Shown: positions 10,872 through 21,367, numbered from the stretch's first letter. The stretch is DNA of 64,000 bases from an uncultured Chloroflexia bacterium (GCA_963705155.1 CAVPJC010000001.1:431088-495087), one strand, 5' to 3'. A program made the numbers and translations. Notes: a model not told the origin generated them from the sequence alone.

Positions 10872-11873
10872 ATGCGCATTAATCGAGATACCCTGATCAA
10901 AATTGCTGAAGATGCGATTAACCAGCGCACGCGCAAAGACAGCGGCATCGTTTCTATTTACCTGTGCGGGGCCCTGTTGGGCGATGACTACCTGCTGGGC
11001 GGTACCGCCGATATCGACCTGGCCTTTATTCACATTGATCTTCCGCAAAGCAGCCGGGAGATTGTGCGTGTCTCGGATGAGATTCACCTGGATATTGCCC
11101 ATTACGCCCAAAAAGAATTCCGCCAGGGGCGCAACCTGCGCCAGCATCCCTGGCTGGGCCCCACGATATTTGAATGCAAGGTGCTGCACGACCCGCAGCA
11201 TTTTATGGATTTCATCCAGGCCAGCGTGCGCGGCCAGTTCGACCGCCCCGATTTCGTGGTTGGACGATCCCGCCAGCAGTTGGAACACGCCCGCCAGATC
11301 TGGCTGGGTTTTGCCACTCAACTTCCAGAACAGCCCACCCCGCAGCACATGGGCAAATATCTGCGTGCTGTCGAACACGCAGCCAATGCCGTTGCCGGTC
11401 TGAACGGGCCGCCCCTCACCGAACGGCGCTTTCTGCTGCGATTCCCTGCCCGGGCCGAGGCAGCCGGTCACCCTGGACTGCATGCCGGGCTGCTGGGCAT
11501 GCTCGGCGCCCCCCACGCCGATGCGCCTGCTCTGCGCTCCTGGCTGGATGGCTGGCAGTCTGCCTGCGAAGCGCTGCCCCAGGCCGCTTCCTCCCGCCTG
11601 CACCCGCACCGCCTGCACTATTATCGCCGCGCCTTCGAAGCTTTGTTAGACAACCCCCAGCCCCTGGCCGCCTTGTGGCCCCTGCTGCACACCTGGACGC
11701 TGGCGGTCAGCCTGCAGCCAGAGGACCACCCGGTTCAGGTGGGTTGGCAGTCTGCCTGCGAGCGCCTGGGCCTGCTGGGTTCGGGCTTCGCTGAGCGCGT
11801 GGAAGCCCTGGATGCTTACCTGGACAGCGTGGATGAAACCATCGAGGGCTGGGCGCAGGAGCGCGGTGAGTAA
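10872..11873 (+). CDS. Nucleotidyltransferase-fold (Pol-beta superfamily) protein with helical C-terminal domain
   Basis: Intact 333-aa ORF. The N-terminal pattern LCGALLG...GGTADIDLAFI resembles the G-x-G...DxD pattern of minimal nucleotidyltransferases. Confidence 0.4.
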   Translation: MRINRDTLIKIAEDAINQRTRKDSGIVSIYLCGALLGDDYLLGGTADIDLAFIHIDLPQSSREIVRVSDEIHLDIAHYAQKEFRQGRNLRQHPWLGPTIFECKVLHDPQHFMDFIQASVRGQFDRPDFVVGRSRQQLEHARQIWLGFATQLPEQPTPQHMGKYLRAVEHAANAVAGLNGPPLTERRFLLRFPARAEAAGHPGLHAGLLGMLGAPHADAPALRSWLDGWQSACEALPQAASSRLHPHRLHYYRRAFEALLDNPQPLAALWPLLHTWTLAVSLQPEDHPVQVGWQSACERLGLLGSGFAERVEALDAYLDSVDETIEGWAQERGE

Positions 11874-11969
11874 ATCGCTGGCAATGTTTCACGTGAAACA
11901 TTACTCCGTTTTTCAAAAAAAAGCCCCCCTTCCCATGTGGAAGAGTGGACTTTTATGATGTGACAGGCG

Positions 11970-12188
11970 TTAGCCGGGCCAGTCACGCTGCCGGCGGACG
12001 CTGCTGCTCAAGGGTCGCTTGGCGACCACCCGGACTTTATTGTTGCCGTAGTGCGTCATCGCACTCACCACTTCCCAACCCTCTGCCCCCAGCTCATTCA
12101 GCGTGTTTTCCAGCTGCTCATCTTTTGGCTCACTCCAAAAGCTGCCCACGCTGATCGCCCGGTATTCCCACTGTGTCGGTTCAGCCAT
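11970..12188 (-). CDS. DUF4177-like small protein
   Basis: 72-aa ORF. WEYRAI...LNELGAEGWEVVS is the typical DUF4177 pattern. Confidence 0.55.
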   Translation of the reverse strand: MAEPTQWEYRAISVGSFWSEPKDEQLENTLNELGAEGWEVVSAMTHYGNNKVRVVAKRPLSSSVRRQRDWPG

Positions 12189-12191
12189 GTG

Positions 12192-13137
12192 TCACTCCTT
12201 ACTCTGCGAGGCCCTGACTGTCTCTCCCAATGCCACCATGCCGGTCATACCCCCCAGGTTCATGGTATCCACCGCCGAGCTGGGTACGATCACCAGGGCG
12301 CCTTTTTCTTTCAGGCCTTCAAACAGCATGTTCATCGCCCGCAGATGCAGGGCGGTGGGATTATTGAGATAAGACTGCGAAGCCTGCGCAAAGCTGTGCG
12401 CAATCTGCTCTTCCGATTCGCCCAGGATCACGCGTGCCTGGCGCTCGCGTTCGGCCTGCGCCTGGCGGCTCATGGCATCTTCCAGCGCCTGCGGGATGAT
12501 CACATCTCGAATCTCCACGCTTTGCACCGATACACCCCAGGGCGTCGTGCGCTCATCGATGATTTTCTGCAGGTCAGCATCCATTCTGGCCCGCCCGATC
12601 AGAATATCTGCCAGCTCCATCTGCCCGATGATCTCACGCAGCGCCGTCTGTGAAGCCCAGGCAATCGCCGCCCGGTAATTTTCCACTTCCATGGCGGCTT
12701 TCTCGGCATCCCACACCAGCCAGAACAAGACCGCATCCACATCCACCGGCACCGTGTCTTTGGTCAATGTCTTTTCTGCGCTGAAGGGCGTCACCATCAC
12801 ACGGTGATCGATCCATTGGGCAATATTGTCCACCACCGGCACTACCCAGAATAACCCCGGTCCGCGCAGCCCGTGAAAGCGCCCCACGCGCAATACAACA
12901 GCTTTTTCCCATTGGGAAGCCACCTGCAAGCCAAACAGAATGTAAAACCCCCACCAGGAGCATCACTACCGTGAAAACGCCGATGACGGTATCCGCCACA
13001 CCCGCGTTTGCCATCCAGATGGCCCCCAGGAACGCCAGCGTGTACAGGATAACCATCAGCGTGAGACCGATGCTGCTCACACGCAGGGTGGTTTTTCCAA
13101 CTGTAATTGCTTCTTTGCCAGCCAGTTTCTTGTTCAT
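12192..13137 (-). pseudogene. SPFH/band-7 (stomatin/slipin-like) membrane protein, one frameshift
   Basis: Pieces 12634..13137 (two N-terminal TM helices) and 12192..12929 (SPFH core QWEKAVVLRVGRF...) join as ...VVMLLVG|GFYILFGLQVASQWEK. The junction is a GGGGG run near 12950. Confidence 0.75.
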
Positions 13138-13152
13138 TCATTCCTCACATTG

Positions 13153-13584
13153 CTATGCTTCAGTTTCAGAAGCCGGCACCGTGCCAGCCTCCAACCATTC
13201 TTCCAGGGCCTTTCTAATATTTGCAGCCACCTCCGCCGGCGAGCATCCCAACCGCGCCGCTTCCGCCATATAACGCCGAGTCAGACCATCCAGGGCTTGC
13301 GTGCGCAGCAGATGCACGGTCTCTTCGCTGGGCGCCTCCCAGATATAGGTGCCGCGCCCCTGCTGGGTCGAGATCAGTCCTGCCTCGTCTAACAGACGGT
13401 ACGCCCTTGCCACGGTATTCCAGTTCACCCGCAGGTCGGTCGCAAGCTGCCGCACGGTGGGGAGCTGGTCGCCCTGCTGCAGCGCTCCCGATCCGATCTG
13501 CTGGCGGATTTGATCCATGATCTGGATGTAAATCGGCAGCCCCGACCGAAAATCTAACTTGAGTTGAATTTCTTTTACACCCAA
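13153..13584 (-). CDS. GntR-family (YtrA-like, short) transcriptional regulator
   Basis: Intact 143-aa ORF with winged-HTH segment GDQLPTVRQLATDLRVNWNTVARAYRLLDEAGLISTQQGRGTYI. Confidence 0.8.
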   Translation of the reverse strand: MGVKEIQLKLDFRSGLPIYIQIMDQIRQQIGSGALQQGDQLPTVRQLATDLRVNWNTVARAYRLLDEAGLISTQQGRGTYIWEAPSEETVHLLRTQALDGLTRRYMAEAARLGCSPAEVAANIRKALEEWLEAGTVPASETEA

Positions 13585-13595
13585 GATGGTTCTCC

Positions 13596-13645
13596 AATTG
13601 TATCTTTGTGCTATTGTATAATTGTCTTATTGCACCAATTGTACA
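13596..13645. promoter_or_regulatory. Candidate GntR operator repeats upstream of the gntR-like gene
   Basis: Three copies of A(A)TTGTA(T/C)A within 50 bp (13596-13603, 13613-13625, 13637-13645), immediately 5' of the minus-strand start at 13584. Confidence 0.3.
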
Positions 13646-13793
13646 TCAGCACTCCTCGTCTGTCAAGAGGCTGGTCAGGTTCAACGCCGGCATTTTCGCA
13701 GAGCGCACTCCTGGCGTTAACTTCCCTGGCTGGGATATAAAAAAGAACCCCCGGCGGGCGTCCGCCAGGGGCTGAATATCAGCATGGATTTAG

Positions 13794-15555
13794 TTACTTG
13801 ACAACGGGCAGTTCGGCCGTCGTCCAGGCGCCCATCCCGCCAGCCAGGTTGCGCACATCGGTGTAACCCAGCATCTTCAGGGCCAGCATAGCCATCCCGC
13901 CGCGGTGACCCGGACTGGCACAGGATCACAATCTTGGCAGCCTTGTCGGGCAGTACACTCAGGTTGGCAATGAACTCATTGATCGGGATATTGATGGCGC
14001 CTTCCACGTGGCCTTCGGTGTAATTTTCAGGCGTACGCACATCCACGATGGTCAGGCCGCCGGTCGCAATCTCGGAGTTCAAATCAGGAGCCTTGACGGT
14101 GCTGAAGCCATCGGGCAGGGCGCTGATGGCGGCGTCCAGGTCAGCCAGCAGTTTGGCATCCACTGCGGGAGCAGCGCCGGCTGTGGGAGCAGCCGGAACG
14201 CCGGTTTCGACCGGGAATTCAGCTTTTTTCCAGGCAGCCAGACCGCCAGCCAGGTTGACCACGTCTTTCCAGCCCAGCAAGCGCAGGGCGGCGGTAATGA
14301 AAGAACCACGGTGCGCTGAGGCGCAGTAGACCACGATGGGCTGGTCGAAGGCCGGCAGCTTGTCCAGGTTTTTCATCACATCGCGCGTCGGGATATTAAC
14401 CGAGCCGGCAATATAGCCGTCTTTCTCAAGCTCAGCGGCTTCGCGCACATCCAGCAGGAAGGGCGGTTTATCCACCAGGGCGGTGTTGAGAACATCGGCC
14501 TTGATGGAATAGTAACCCTGGTCGGCCGGCAGGGCGCTCAGGAAATCGCCCCACAACTTGGTCCAATCCAGGGCGCCGCCCACCACGGGCATGCTGGCGG
14601 CTTTCCAGGCAGCGGTACCGCCGCCCAGATTGGTGACATTGGTGTAGCCCAGCATGCGCAGGGCCATCATCACCACCGCGCCGCGATGTCCGGAGGCGCA
14701 GGTGACTACAATGGCAGCATCTTTGGCGGGGAGCTGGTCCAGCTTGCCCAAAACCTCATTCAACGGCAGGTTGAGCGAGCCCTCGATATAACCGTCTTTC
14801 TCAAATTCGGCCGCGGCCCGCACATCCACGATGACAGGCGGGGTTGCACCGGTCAGGGCTTCGCCCAGTTTGTCGGCCTTGATGGTGTAGAAGCCTTTAT
14901 CGGCTGGCAAATTGCTGAGGAATTCATCCAGCGCGGTGAAGAGGGCGGCGTTCTCCACGATCGGCTTGCTCATCGCAGCCGGAGCAGCGGGCATGGATCC
15001 GGTCACAACCGGCAGCTCGGCCTTTTTCCAGGCGCCCAGACCCCCACCCAGGTTGCGCACATTGGTGTAACCCAGCAGGTGCAGCGCGGCAAACGCCATT
15101 CCACCGCGATGCCCCGAGGCGCAGTAAATGACGATGGGTTCGTCCAGACCAGGCAGCTTATCCAGATTCTTGAGAAGATCGCGCACCGGGATATGGACCG
15201 CGCCTTCGATGTAGCCATCCGCTTCGACTTCAGCCGGTTCACGCACATCCAGCAGGTAGGGAGCCGCGGTTGCAAGCTCTTCGCTCAATGTGGCTGGCTT
15301 GATGGTGCCGTAGCCTTTATCACCGGGCATGTAGGCGTCGATCATGCCCTGGAACAGCACCCCCCAATCGGGAGGCGGTTCGGGGGTAGGCTCCGGCGGA
15401 ACTGCCGTAGGCGGGACGGCGGTCGGCGCTTCGGTGACCACCGGTTGGGGAGCTTCAGTGACGACTTCCGGGGCCGCCGCGGGACTGGCGCATGCGCCCA
15501 GGATCATGCTCAAAATGATGAGCAGGGCAGATATGAGTTGGAATTTCTTGATCAT
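13794..15555 (-). pseudogene. Secreted lipoprotein with four tandem rhodanese (sulfurtransferase) domains, one frameshift near the 3' end
   Basis: AGGAGA RBS 8 nt before the ATG at 15555. Lipobox signal MIKKFQLISALLIILSMILGAC. Four repeats of ~130 aa each end in YCASGHRG, TCASGHRG, YCASAHRG and LCQSG(H)RG. An extra G at the GGG run near 13910 shifts the last ~40 codons. The corrected reading ends ...AWTTAELPVVK* with stop 13794-13796. Confidence 0.75.
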
Positions 15556-15617
15556 TGGGTTATTTCTCTCCTGTTTTTGGTTGGATATGACGCCCTTATG
15601 GGGCCTGGGTTGATGGG

Positions 15618-17055
15618 TTAGTTGTTCAGGCTCTTCCACAGCTGCCGGTATGGTTTGGATGATCACGTCCTGGTTCGCATCCAGTTCTTCAGGCCGAACT
15701 TTGTCGGCTGTCAGGAACAAATCCGGGTTGCCGTGGCACGCATTGCAGGTTTCGGCCTGCGGCGTTTTGGTCTGGGTATTATGCGGTGTGGCATAGGCCC
15801 AGGTGGGTAGCAGGTTAAAGTTGGGCAGCAGGTTCTCGCCGTAGAAGGCGTAGCTGTCCTGGGCCACCGGGATGTGCCGCACCGGGACGAATGCGTAAGG
15901 CCGGTCGTAGGTGCGGTCAGGGTTGCGCCCGATCAAGAACGTGAAATAGGTATTTTCGGTCTCGAAGAAGGGGTTGCCGGTCTTGTCACTAATGGCCACA
16001 TGGCAGCCATCGCAGCTGGTATAGGTGATGGAGTGGCACACCTGGCAGGAAAGATCGGTGCCGTGCTCGGCGTGCATGGCGATGCCGTCCTGCCCGGTGG
16101 TGACCGCTGAATGGCACGCTTCGCAAGACGGCAGCTGCACGCCCGAATAGCGGTGATCGGCCGGGGGCATCTCGGCAGCTTCCGGGCCTTCATGGCAGGC
16201 GCTGCAGTTAGAGTCCTGACCATGCAGCTCGTGGCTGCTGTGGCAGTCAATGCAGTTCATACGCCCCTCGCGGAAGTGCACATCGCCGGGGAATTCCTCA
16301 TTCTTACCCAGATATTCGTTGCCCACCCGGCTGCCGTGGCAGGCCGTGCACGAGCGTGTCATCGGCGGTGTCTTTTCAAAAAGATGCCCGCTGAACAAGC
16401 CGCCGCCCACGCTGGCCGGCTGGCTCACATGGCAGTCGCCGCAGGTTGTGTGGCAGCGCTCACAGTGGTTAGCAAACATTGTATCCAGCACGGGGTGGTT
16501 TTCGGGTACGCTGCGGGTGTACATGGTTGTGAAATAGCCGCGCTGCGTGGCGTGCAGGCTGTTGGCATATACGCCCGCAACATCCGGATGGCAGTCCTTG
16601 CAGACCGAATCTGGCCCATCGCTTGGGCGGGCGATGATGCCCGCGTGGGCGCTGTCTTTATCCGCTGATTGCACACCGCCGTGACAGCCGGTGCACGGCG
16701 TTTGCCCGTGAACGTTCTGGCTGAATTCCTCGTAATTAACGATCGCTTTTTCCCAGGGCTCCAACGGAGCCACATCGCCCCCTCAGCCAACCCCTTTGGA
16801 TTCAAATTCACCGGCTTCTTCCGGTTTAGCCGTATCGGTCAGGCGCTGCTGGTCCACATGGCAAGCCACACACTCATCCACCGGAACCGGGGTGGGCTCT
16901 ACGGCCAAGGCTGCTTGCAAAGCAGTGGGCGTGGGCTCTCCCTGCTGGCCGGCCGGAAAAGCCTGCTCGGCGGGTTGCAGGGATGCGTTTACGCCGCAGG
17001 CTGTCAGCAGCAGGGCACTGAAAAGCATAGCGATCACGTGTTTGTAAAAACTCAT
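15618..17055 (-). pseudogene. Multihaem c-type cytochrome lipoprotein (12 CxxCH), interrupted by an in-frame TGA and lacking a stop in its main frame
   Basis: Lipobox signal MSFYKHVIAMLFSALLLTACG starts at 17055. There is one CxxCH before the TGA at 16783-16785 and eleven after it (CTGCH, CKDCH, CERCH, CGDCH, CTACH, CIDCH, CSACH, CEACH, CQVCH, CDGCH, CNACH). The main frame runs without a stop into the rhodanese gene (track ORF 13717..16773). Alternative frames stop at 15618-15620 (...LWKSLNN*) or 15626-15628. Confidence 0.7.
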
Positions 17056-17151
17056 CAATACGCGCCTTTCGCTTGTAACGTTTTTCACGATTAGATTATA
17101 AAAGAAAATGTCATGCAAACAAGTGATAAACATAACATTTACTTATAGGTT

Positions 17152-17172
17152 CTGCTTATCCCATTTATAAGC
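17152..17172. promoter_or_regulatory. Candidate LysR-type box in the divergent intergenic region
   Basis: TGCTTAT-N7-ATAAGCA inverted repeat (T-N11-A architecture) in the AT-rich 195-bp spacer between the cytochrome gene (start 17055) and the lysR-like gene (start 17250). Confidence 0.3.
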
Positions 17173-17249
17173 ATAAACTATGCTAAAATGGCAAATATCA
17201 CTTGAATTACTTATTCATCTTGTGTTAAACTTCACAAGGAGAAGAGTCC

Positions 17250-18195
17250 ATGCTAGATATCCACCAGCTCAACGTTTTCCTGGCAGCCGCCGAAACCCTC
17301 AGCTTCACCCGGGCCGCTCAGAGGCTGCACATGACCCAGCCCAGCGTCAGCCAGCACGTGCAGGCGTTGGAACGCCGTTTTGGCAACGAATTGTTCATGC
17401 GCAACGGGCGCAGCCTGGAGCTGACCGATGCCGGTCTGGCCCTCGTCCCGCTTGCGCGCGAGGCCGTTTCCCTATCGGTGCGCACTGACGAAGCCATGAG
17501 CTCTGTCAAGGGTGATGTGGTCGGTCACTTGATGGTAGGCTGCAGCACCACCCCGGGCAAATACGTGCTCCCGCAGCTCCTGGCGCGCTTTCACCAGCGC
17601 TTTCCCCAGGTGCGCGCCACCTGCCAGGTGTCTTCCCAGCACATTGCCATGCAGCTTCTCAACGATGGCGGGGTACATTTTGCTCTCACCAGCATGCCAG
17701 AGGGCGCTCAGCCCGACCTGGAAATGCACCGCTTCCTGTGCGACCACGTCATTTTGATTGCTCCGCTCGACCATCCCTGGGCGCAGCAGGGTGCGATCGC
17801 CCCTCAAGAACTTCTCCAGGCGCCCTTTATCCAGCGCGAAGAAAGCTCTGGCACCTATGCCGCTGTCCGCGACGCCCTGGCTGCTGCCGGTATCTCGATC
17901 CATGACCTGGACACCCTGCTCACCCTGGGAAACTCTGAGGCCATTGCGATGGCTGTGCAGGAAAGCCTGGGGGTGGGGTTCATCTCTGAAATGGTCATCG
18001 ATCGGTTGGGAGCCGGACGTGTGGCCCGCATCGAGATCCGCGGCGTCCAGATCCAGACGCGATATCTACATCAGCCGTAACCTGCGCCGCCCGGCCACCG
18101 TTGCGCAGAATGCTTTTTGGGCTTTCATCCACAGCAAAGATAATCCGATTTATTGTGATGATATCCGTTCAGAGATATCTCCCGTTACCGAGTGA
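17250..18195 (+). pseudogene. LysR-family transcriptional regulator, one frameshift near the 3' end
   Basis: N-terminal HTH LNVFLAAAETLSFTRAAQRLHMTQPSVSQHVQALE. Piece 17250..18080 continues in the frame of 17758..18195 (...IRGVQI|RRDIYISRNLRRPATVAQNAFWAFI...) with the junction near 18050. Confidence 0.75.
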
Positions 18196-18202
18196 GGCAC
18201 TG

Positions 18203-19255
18203 ATGAAAAAACCCAACCCAGTTGTTCCACTGCGCTGGCCGATCCTGGCAGGCTGCCTGGTAGGGCTGCTCTCCATGCTCCTTACCATTGGGATGGCGAC
18301 CGCAGCCCCTCTCTCGCAGGATGCTCAGCCCACTCCCACCTTGCCTGCCGAGCTGGCAGACCAGGACTGCAAGCAATGCCACCTGGATATCGCCAACACC
18401 TGGAATTCCAGTCCGCATGCCCATGCCTTCGATGACCCCAATTTTCAGGCAAGCTGGACCGGCCAGGGCAGCCCCGGCGAATGCCTGCTCTGCCATACCA
18501 CCAACTATAACGCTTCGAATAACCTGTACACGGCTGAGGGTGTTTCTTGCGAGGCCTGCCATGGCAAGGTCGATGCAGGTCACCCCCCGTCCGTCGTGCC
18601 AATCCGCGCTGATACAGAATATTGTGGCTCGTGTCATACCACAACTCTGCACGAGTGGCGCCTCACCGGGCATGCCGGCGCCGATGTGGGCTGCATGGAT
18701 TGCCACGACCCGCACAGCCAGGATCGACTTTTTGAAGTCTCTGACGAATTGTGCATCAACTGTCATAAAGATTCGATGGAAAAATACCTGGAAGATTTGC
18801 ACATCCAGAAAAATATCGGTTGTGTGGATTGTCACGCCCTGGTCATCCCTCCTGAAATACCGCCTGCCGATGGCATCGTCCCCACCGGGCATACCTTCAC
18901 CATCACACCCGCCACCTGCGTGGCCTGCCACACCGACGCCCTGCACGCCGGCTTTTCCCTGCCCGGATATGAAAATGGCGCTAAAGCCGCCGTTACCACC
19001 ACGCTGACAGGCACGCTCACCACCACTCTGGAGACCAGCAGCGTGATCATCCCAGCAGCTGTCGAGGGGAGCGGGGCGCTCTCGGCCGAACAGCGCATCC
19101 AGGCCCTGGAAAGCACCCTGGCCAGCCGCCAGCTCGCCACCCTGTTCCAGGGCGGCATCATCGGCCTGGTATTGGGGAGCACCACCGCCTGGTTTGTGGC
19201 CCGCAATGTGCGCCGCTCGCTGGAGCTGGCCGAAGCCGACGAGGCTGGCTCGTAG
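18203..19255 (+). CDS. Octahaem c-type cytochrome with signal peptide and C-terminal TM anchor
   Basis: Start chosen at MKKPNPV (ATG 18203), followed by a hydrophobic signal ending ATAAP. Eight CxxCH motifs (CKQCH, CLLCH, CEACH, CGSCH, CMDCH, CINCH, CVDCH, CVACH). C-terminal helix LFQGGIIGLVLGSTTAWFVA. Confidence 0.8.
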   Translation: MKKPNPVVPLRWPILAGCLVGLLSMLLTIGMATAAPLSQDAQPTPTLPAELADQDCKQCHLDIANTWNSSPHAHAFDDPNFQASWTGQGSPGECLLCHTTNYNASNNLYTAEGVSCEACHGKVDAGHPPSVVPIRADTEYCGSCHTTTLHEWRLTGHAGADVGCMDCHDPHSQDRLFEVSDELCINCHKDSMEKYLEDLHIQKNIGCVDCHALVIPPEIPPADGIVPTGHTFTITPATCVACHTDALHAGFSLPGYENGAKAAVTTTLTGTLTTTLETSSVIIPAAVEGSGALSAEQRIQALESTLASRQLATLFQGGIIGLVLGSTTAWFVARNVRRSLELAEADEAGS

Positions 19256-19272
19256 AACCCGGGAGCACCGAT

Positions 19273-20130
19273 ATGGCTGAAGAACAAAACAAACCAGAGC
19301 CCAAACCCGTCCCTCCTAAAAATAAAAAAACGGCGCTGCTCACCCGTTCCGATTTTCTAAAAATTGCAGGGACTACGGCCGGCGCTGCCCTGGTTACCGA
19401 GCTGGTCATCACCGGGCCGCTCTCGGCCGAGGCCATCCGGGGCATCGGCGCTGAAGCGCACCCCCACCAGGGATCCACCGATCACGAATGGCACATGGCG
19501 ATTGACCTGTCGGAATGCATCGGCTGCGGTTACTGCATGAGCGCCTGCCAGGCGGTCAATGATGTTCCCGAGGATGAGATGCGCTGGAACATTGTCTTCC
19601 CTGAGCGCATGGAAGACGGCGTCGAGTTCTTTATGAACCGTCCCTGCCAGCACTGCCAGGAAGCCCCCTGCGTGCGCGTCTGTCCGGTGGGAGCCACCTG
19701 GGTGCGCCCGGATGGCATTGTTGCCATGGATTACACCCGCTGTATTGGCTGCCGCTATTGCGAAGTGGCCTGCCCCTATGATGTGCGCCGTTTCAACTGG
19801 AAAGACTCCGAGACAGCCAATCCCTACCAGCCGACCTGGGGTGAACCCGAAGTAGACCGCCGCCCACGCGGCGTGGTCGAAAAGTGCACCTTCTGCGTTC
19901 AGCGCATCGACCGCGGCTTGCAGCTCGGCCTCAAACCCGGCGTGGACCGGTCGGTTACTCCGGCCTGTGTGGAAATCTGCCCGGTGAATGCACGCGTGTT
20001 TGGCGATATCCTCGACCCCGAAAGCCCCGTCTCACGCTTCTTGCGCCAGCATGACACTTTCCGCCTGCGCGAAGAATGGGGCACACAGCCAAAAGTGCAT
20101 TATGTGCGCCCGCAGAAAGAGGAGGCCTGA
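19273..20130 (+). CDS. 4x[4Fe-4S] ferredoxin-type subunit (NrfC/PsrB-like) with Tat-like leader
   Basis: Intact 285-aa ORF with four cysteine clusters (CIGCGYCMSAC, CQHCQEAPCVRVCP, CIGCRYCEVACP, CTFC...CVEICP). The leader ...LLTRSDFLKIAGTTAGAALV resembles a Tat signal but has a single Arg. Confidence 0.85.
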   Translation: MAEEQNKPEPKPVPPKNKKTALLTRSDFLKIAGTTAGAALVTELVITGPLSAEAIRGIGAEAHPHQGSTDHEWHMAIDLSECIGCGYCMSACQAVNDVPEDEMRWNIVFPERMEDGVEFFMNRPCQHCQEAPCVRVCPVGATWVRPDGIVAMDYTRCIGCRYCEVACPYDVRRFNWKDSETANPYQPTWGEPEVDRRPRGVVEKCTFCVQRIDRGLQLGLKPGVDRSVTPACVEICPVNARVFGDILDPESPVSRFLRQHDTFRLREEWGTQPKVHYVRPQKEEA

Positions 20131-20131
20131 C

Positions 20132-21367
20132 ATGGCAGCCAGTGCAAGTGTCTTTTCGCGTCCCGGCAGCCGGCCGTTTTTGCTCTGGCTGGTGGCTCTG
20201 GGGGTGGTCTTCCTGGCCGGTGTGTACGGCATGTCGCAGGTACTGCTGCATGGTCTGCAGGTCACCGGCCTCACCGACCGGGTTCCCTGGGGATTATGGA
20301 TTACGCTCGATCTTTCAGGGATCGGCCTGGGCGCCGGCGCCTTTACCTTCTCGGCAGCCGTTTACCTTTTCCGCATTAAACGATTGGAATCATTAGCACG
20401 CCCGGCCGTCTTCATCGGTTTTCTGGGCTACACCGCGGCCATGCTGGCTCTCGCCATGGATATCGGCCGTCCCGACCGCTTCTGGCACCCCCTGGTATAC
20501 TGGAACGTTCACTCTGTATTGTGGGAAATCACCTGGTGCGTGGTGCTCTATTCCACCGTGCTCATGCTCGAAGTGCTGCCCCTGGTGTTGGAGAGCCGCT
20601 TCTTTGACCGCTGGCCTGGTCTGCGCAAAGCCAGTCATAACCTGCACCGCCTCACCCCGATCCTGGCGGTGGTGGGCATGGGCCTCTCCCTGCTGCACCA
20701 GTCATCTCTGGGCGCCACCTATGGCGTGCTCAGCGGCCGCGCCATCTGGTTCAAGCCCTCCCTGCCCATTATGTTCATCATCTCCGCGGTTGCCGGGGGC
20801 ATGTCCCTCACCCTGCTGGCAACCATGATCACCTCCACACTCACCCATCGCTCCCTGGTGAGCGTGGAGGTCAAACGTGAAGTAGCCCGCGCCATCGGGT
20901 ATACCACCCTGGCCTATCTCTACATCAAACTGTGGGATTGGGCGGTCACATCCTATTACAGCCATTCCCCGGGCGCCGCCAGCGCCCTGGAGCGGCTGCA
21001 ATCCACCACCCCCTATACCACCACTTTCTGGGGATTGGAAATTCTGCTGGGGGGGGTTATCCCGGCGGTCATACTGCTCTACCGCCCCCTGCGCCGTAAT
21101 AACAAGGCGCTTGGCGTGGCCCTGGCGCTGATCGTCTTCAGCCTGGTGGTCAACCGCTGGAATGTCACCCTTTCGGGGCTGGTGGCGCCTCCCGATTGGT
21201 CTCCCGGTGTGTTGGGAGACGTGGTATCCGCCACCTACCTCCCTACTGGCATCGAAATCCTGGTTGCGCTGGGCATCATTGCCTACGCCCTGCTCGGTTT
21301 TACCCTGGGAGCGCGCTTCCTGCCGATCTTCTCCAGCAAGAAAACAACCCACGAGTCCGCCGATTGA
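20132..21367 (+). CDS. NrfD/PsrC-type polytopic membrane quinol-interacting subunit
   Basis: Start at ATG 20132, one nt after the preceding stop (the track ORF 19988.. begins in the upstream gene). About 410 aa and hydrophobic throughout, with the NrfD-family-like N-terminus ...HGLQVTGLTDRVPWGLWITLDLSGIGLGAG. Confidence 0.8.
   Translation: MAASASVFSRPGSRPFLLWLVALGVVFLAGVYGMSQVLLHGLQVTGLTDRVPWGLWITLDLSGIGLGAGAFTFSAAVYLFRIKRLESLARPAVFIGFLGYTAAMLALAMDIGRPDRFWHPLVYWNVHSVLWEITWCVVLYSTVLMLEVLPLVLESRFFDRWPGLRKASHNLHRLTPILAVVGMGLSLLHQSSLGATYGVLSGRAIWFKPSLPIMFIISAVAGGMSLTLLATMITSTLTHRSLVSVEVKREVARAIGYTTLAYLYIKLWDWAVTSYYSHSPGAASALERLQSTTPYTTTFWGLEILLGGVIPAVILLYRPLRRNNKALGVALALIVFSLVVNRWNVTLSGLVAPPDWSPGVLGDVVSATYLPTGIEILVALGIIAYALLGFTLGARFLPIFSSKKTTHESAD

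Noticed and set aside
13717-16773. The 1018-aa track ORF read as a genuine cytochrome-rhodanese fusion protein
   Set aside because: An AGGAGA RBS, an ATG and a complete lipobox signal peptide sit in the middle of it at 15555. Its last ~40 residues are out of frame with the fourth rhodanese domain. Two separate genes joined by indels is the simpler reading.
16783-16785. In-frame TGA in the cytochrome as selenocysteine or programmed read-through
   Set aside because: The codon lies in a low-complexity linker (…SKGVG*GGD…), not at a redox-active position. It is bracketed by C4 and C5 runs that can explain it by compensating indels. I saw no obvious SECIS-like hairpin immediately downstream.
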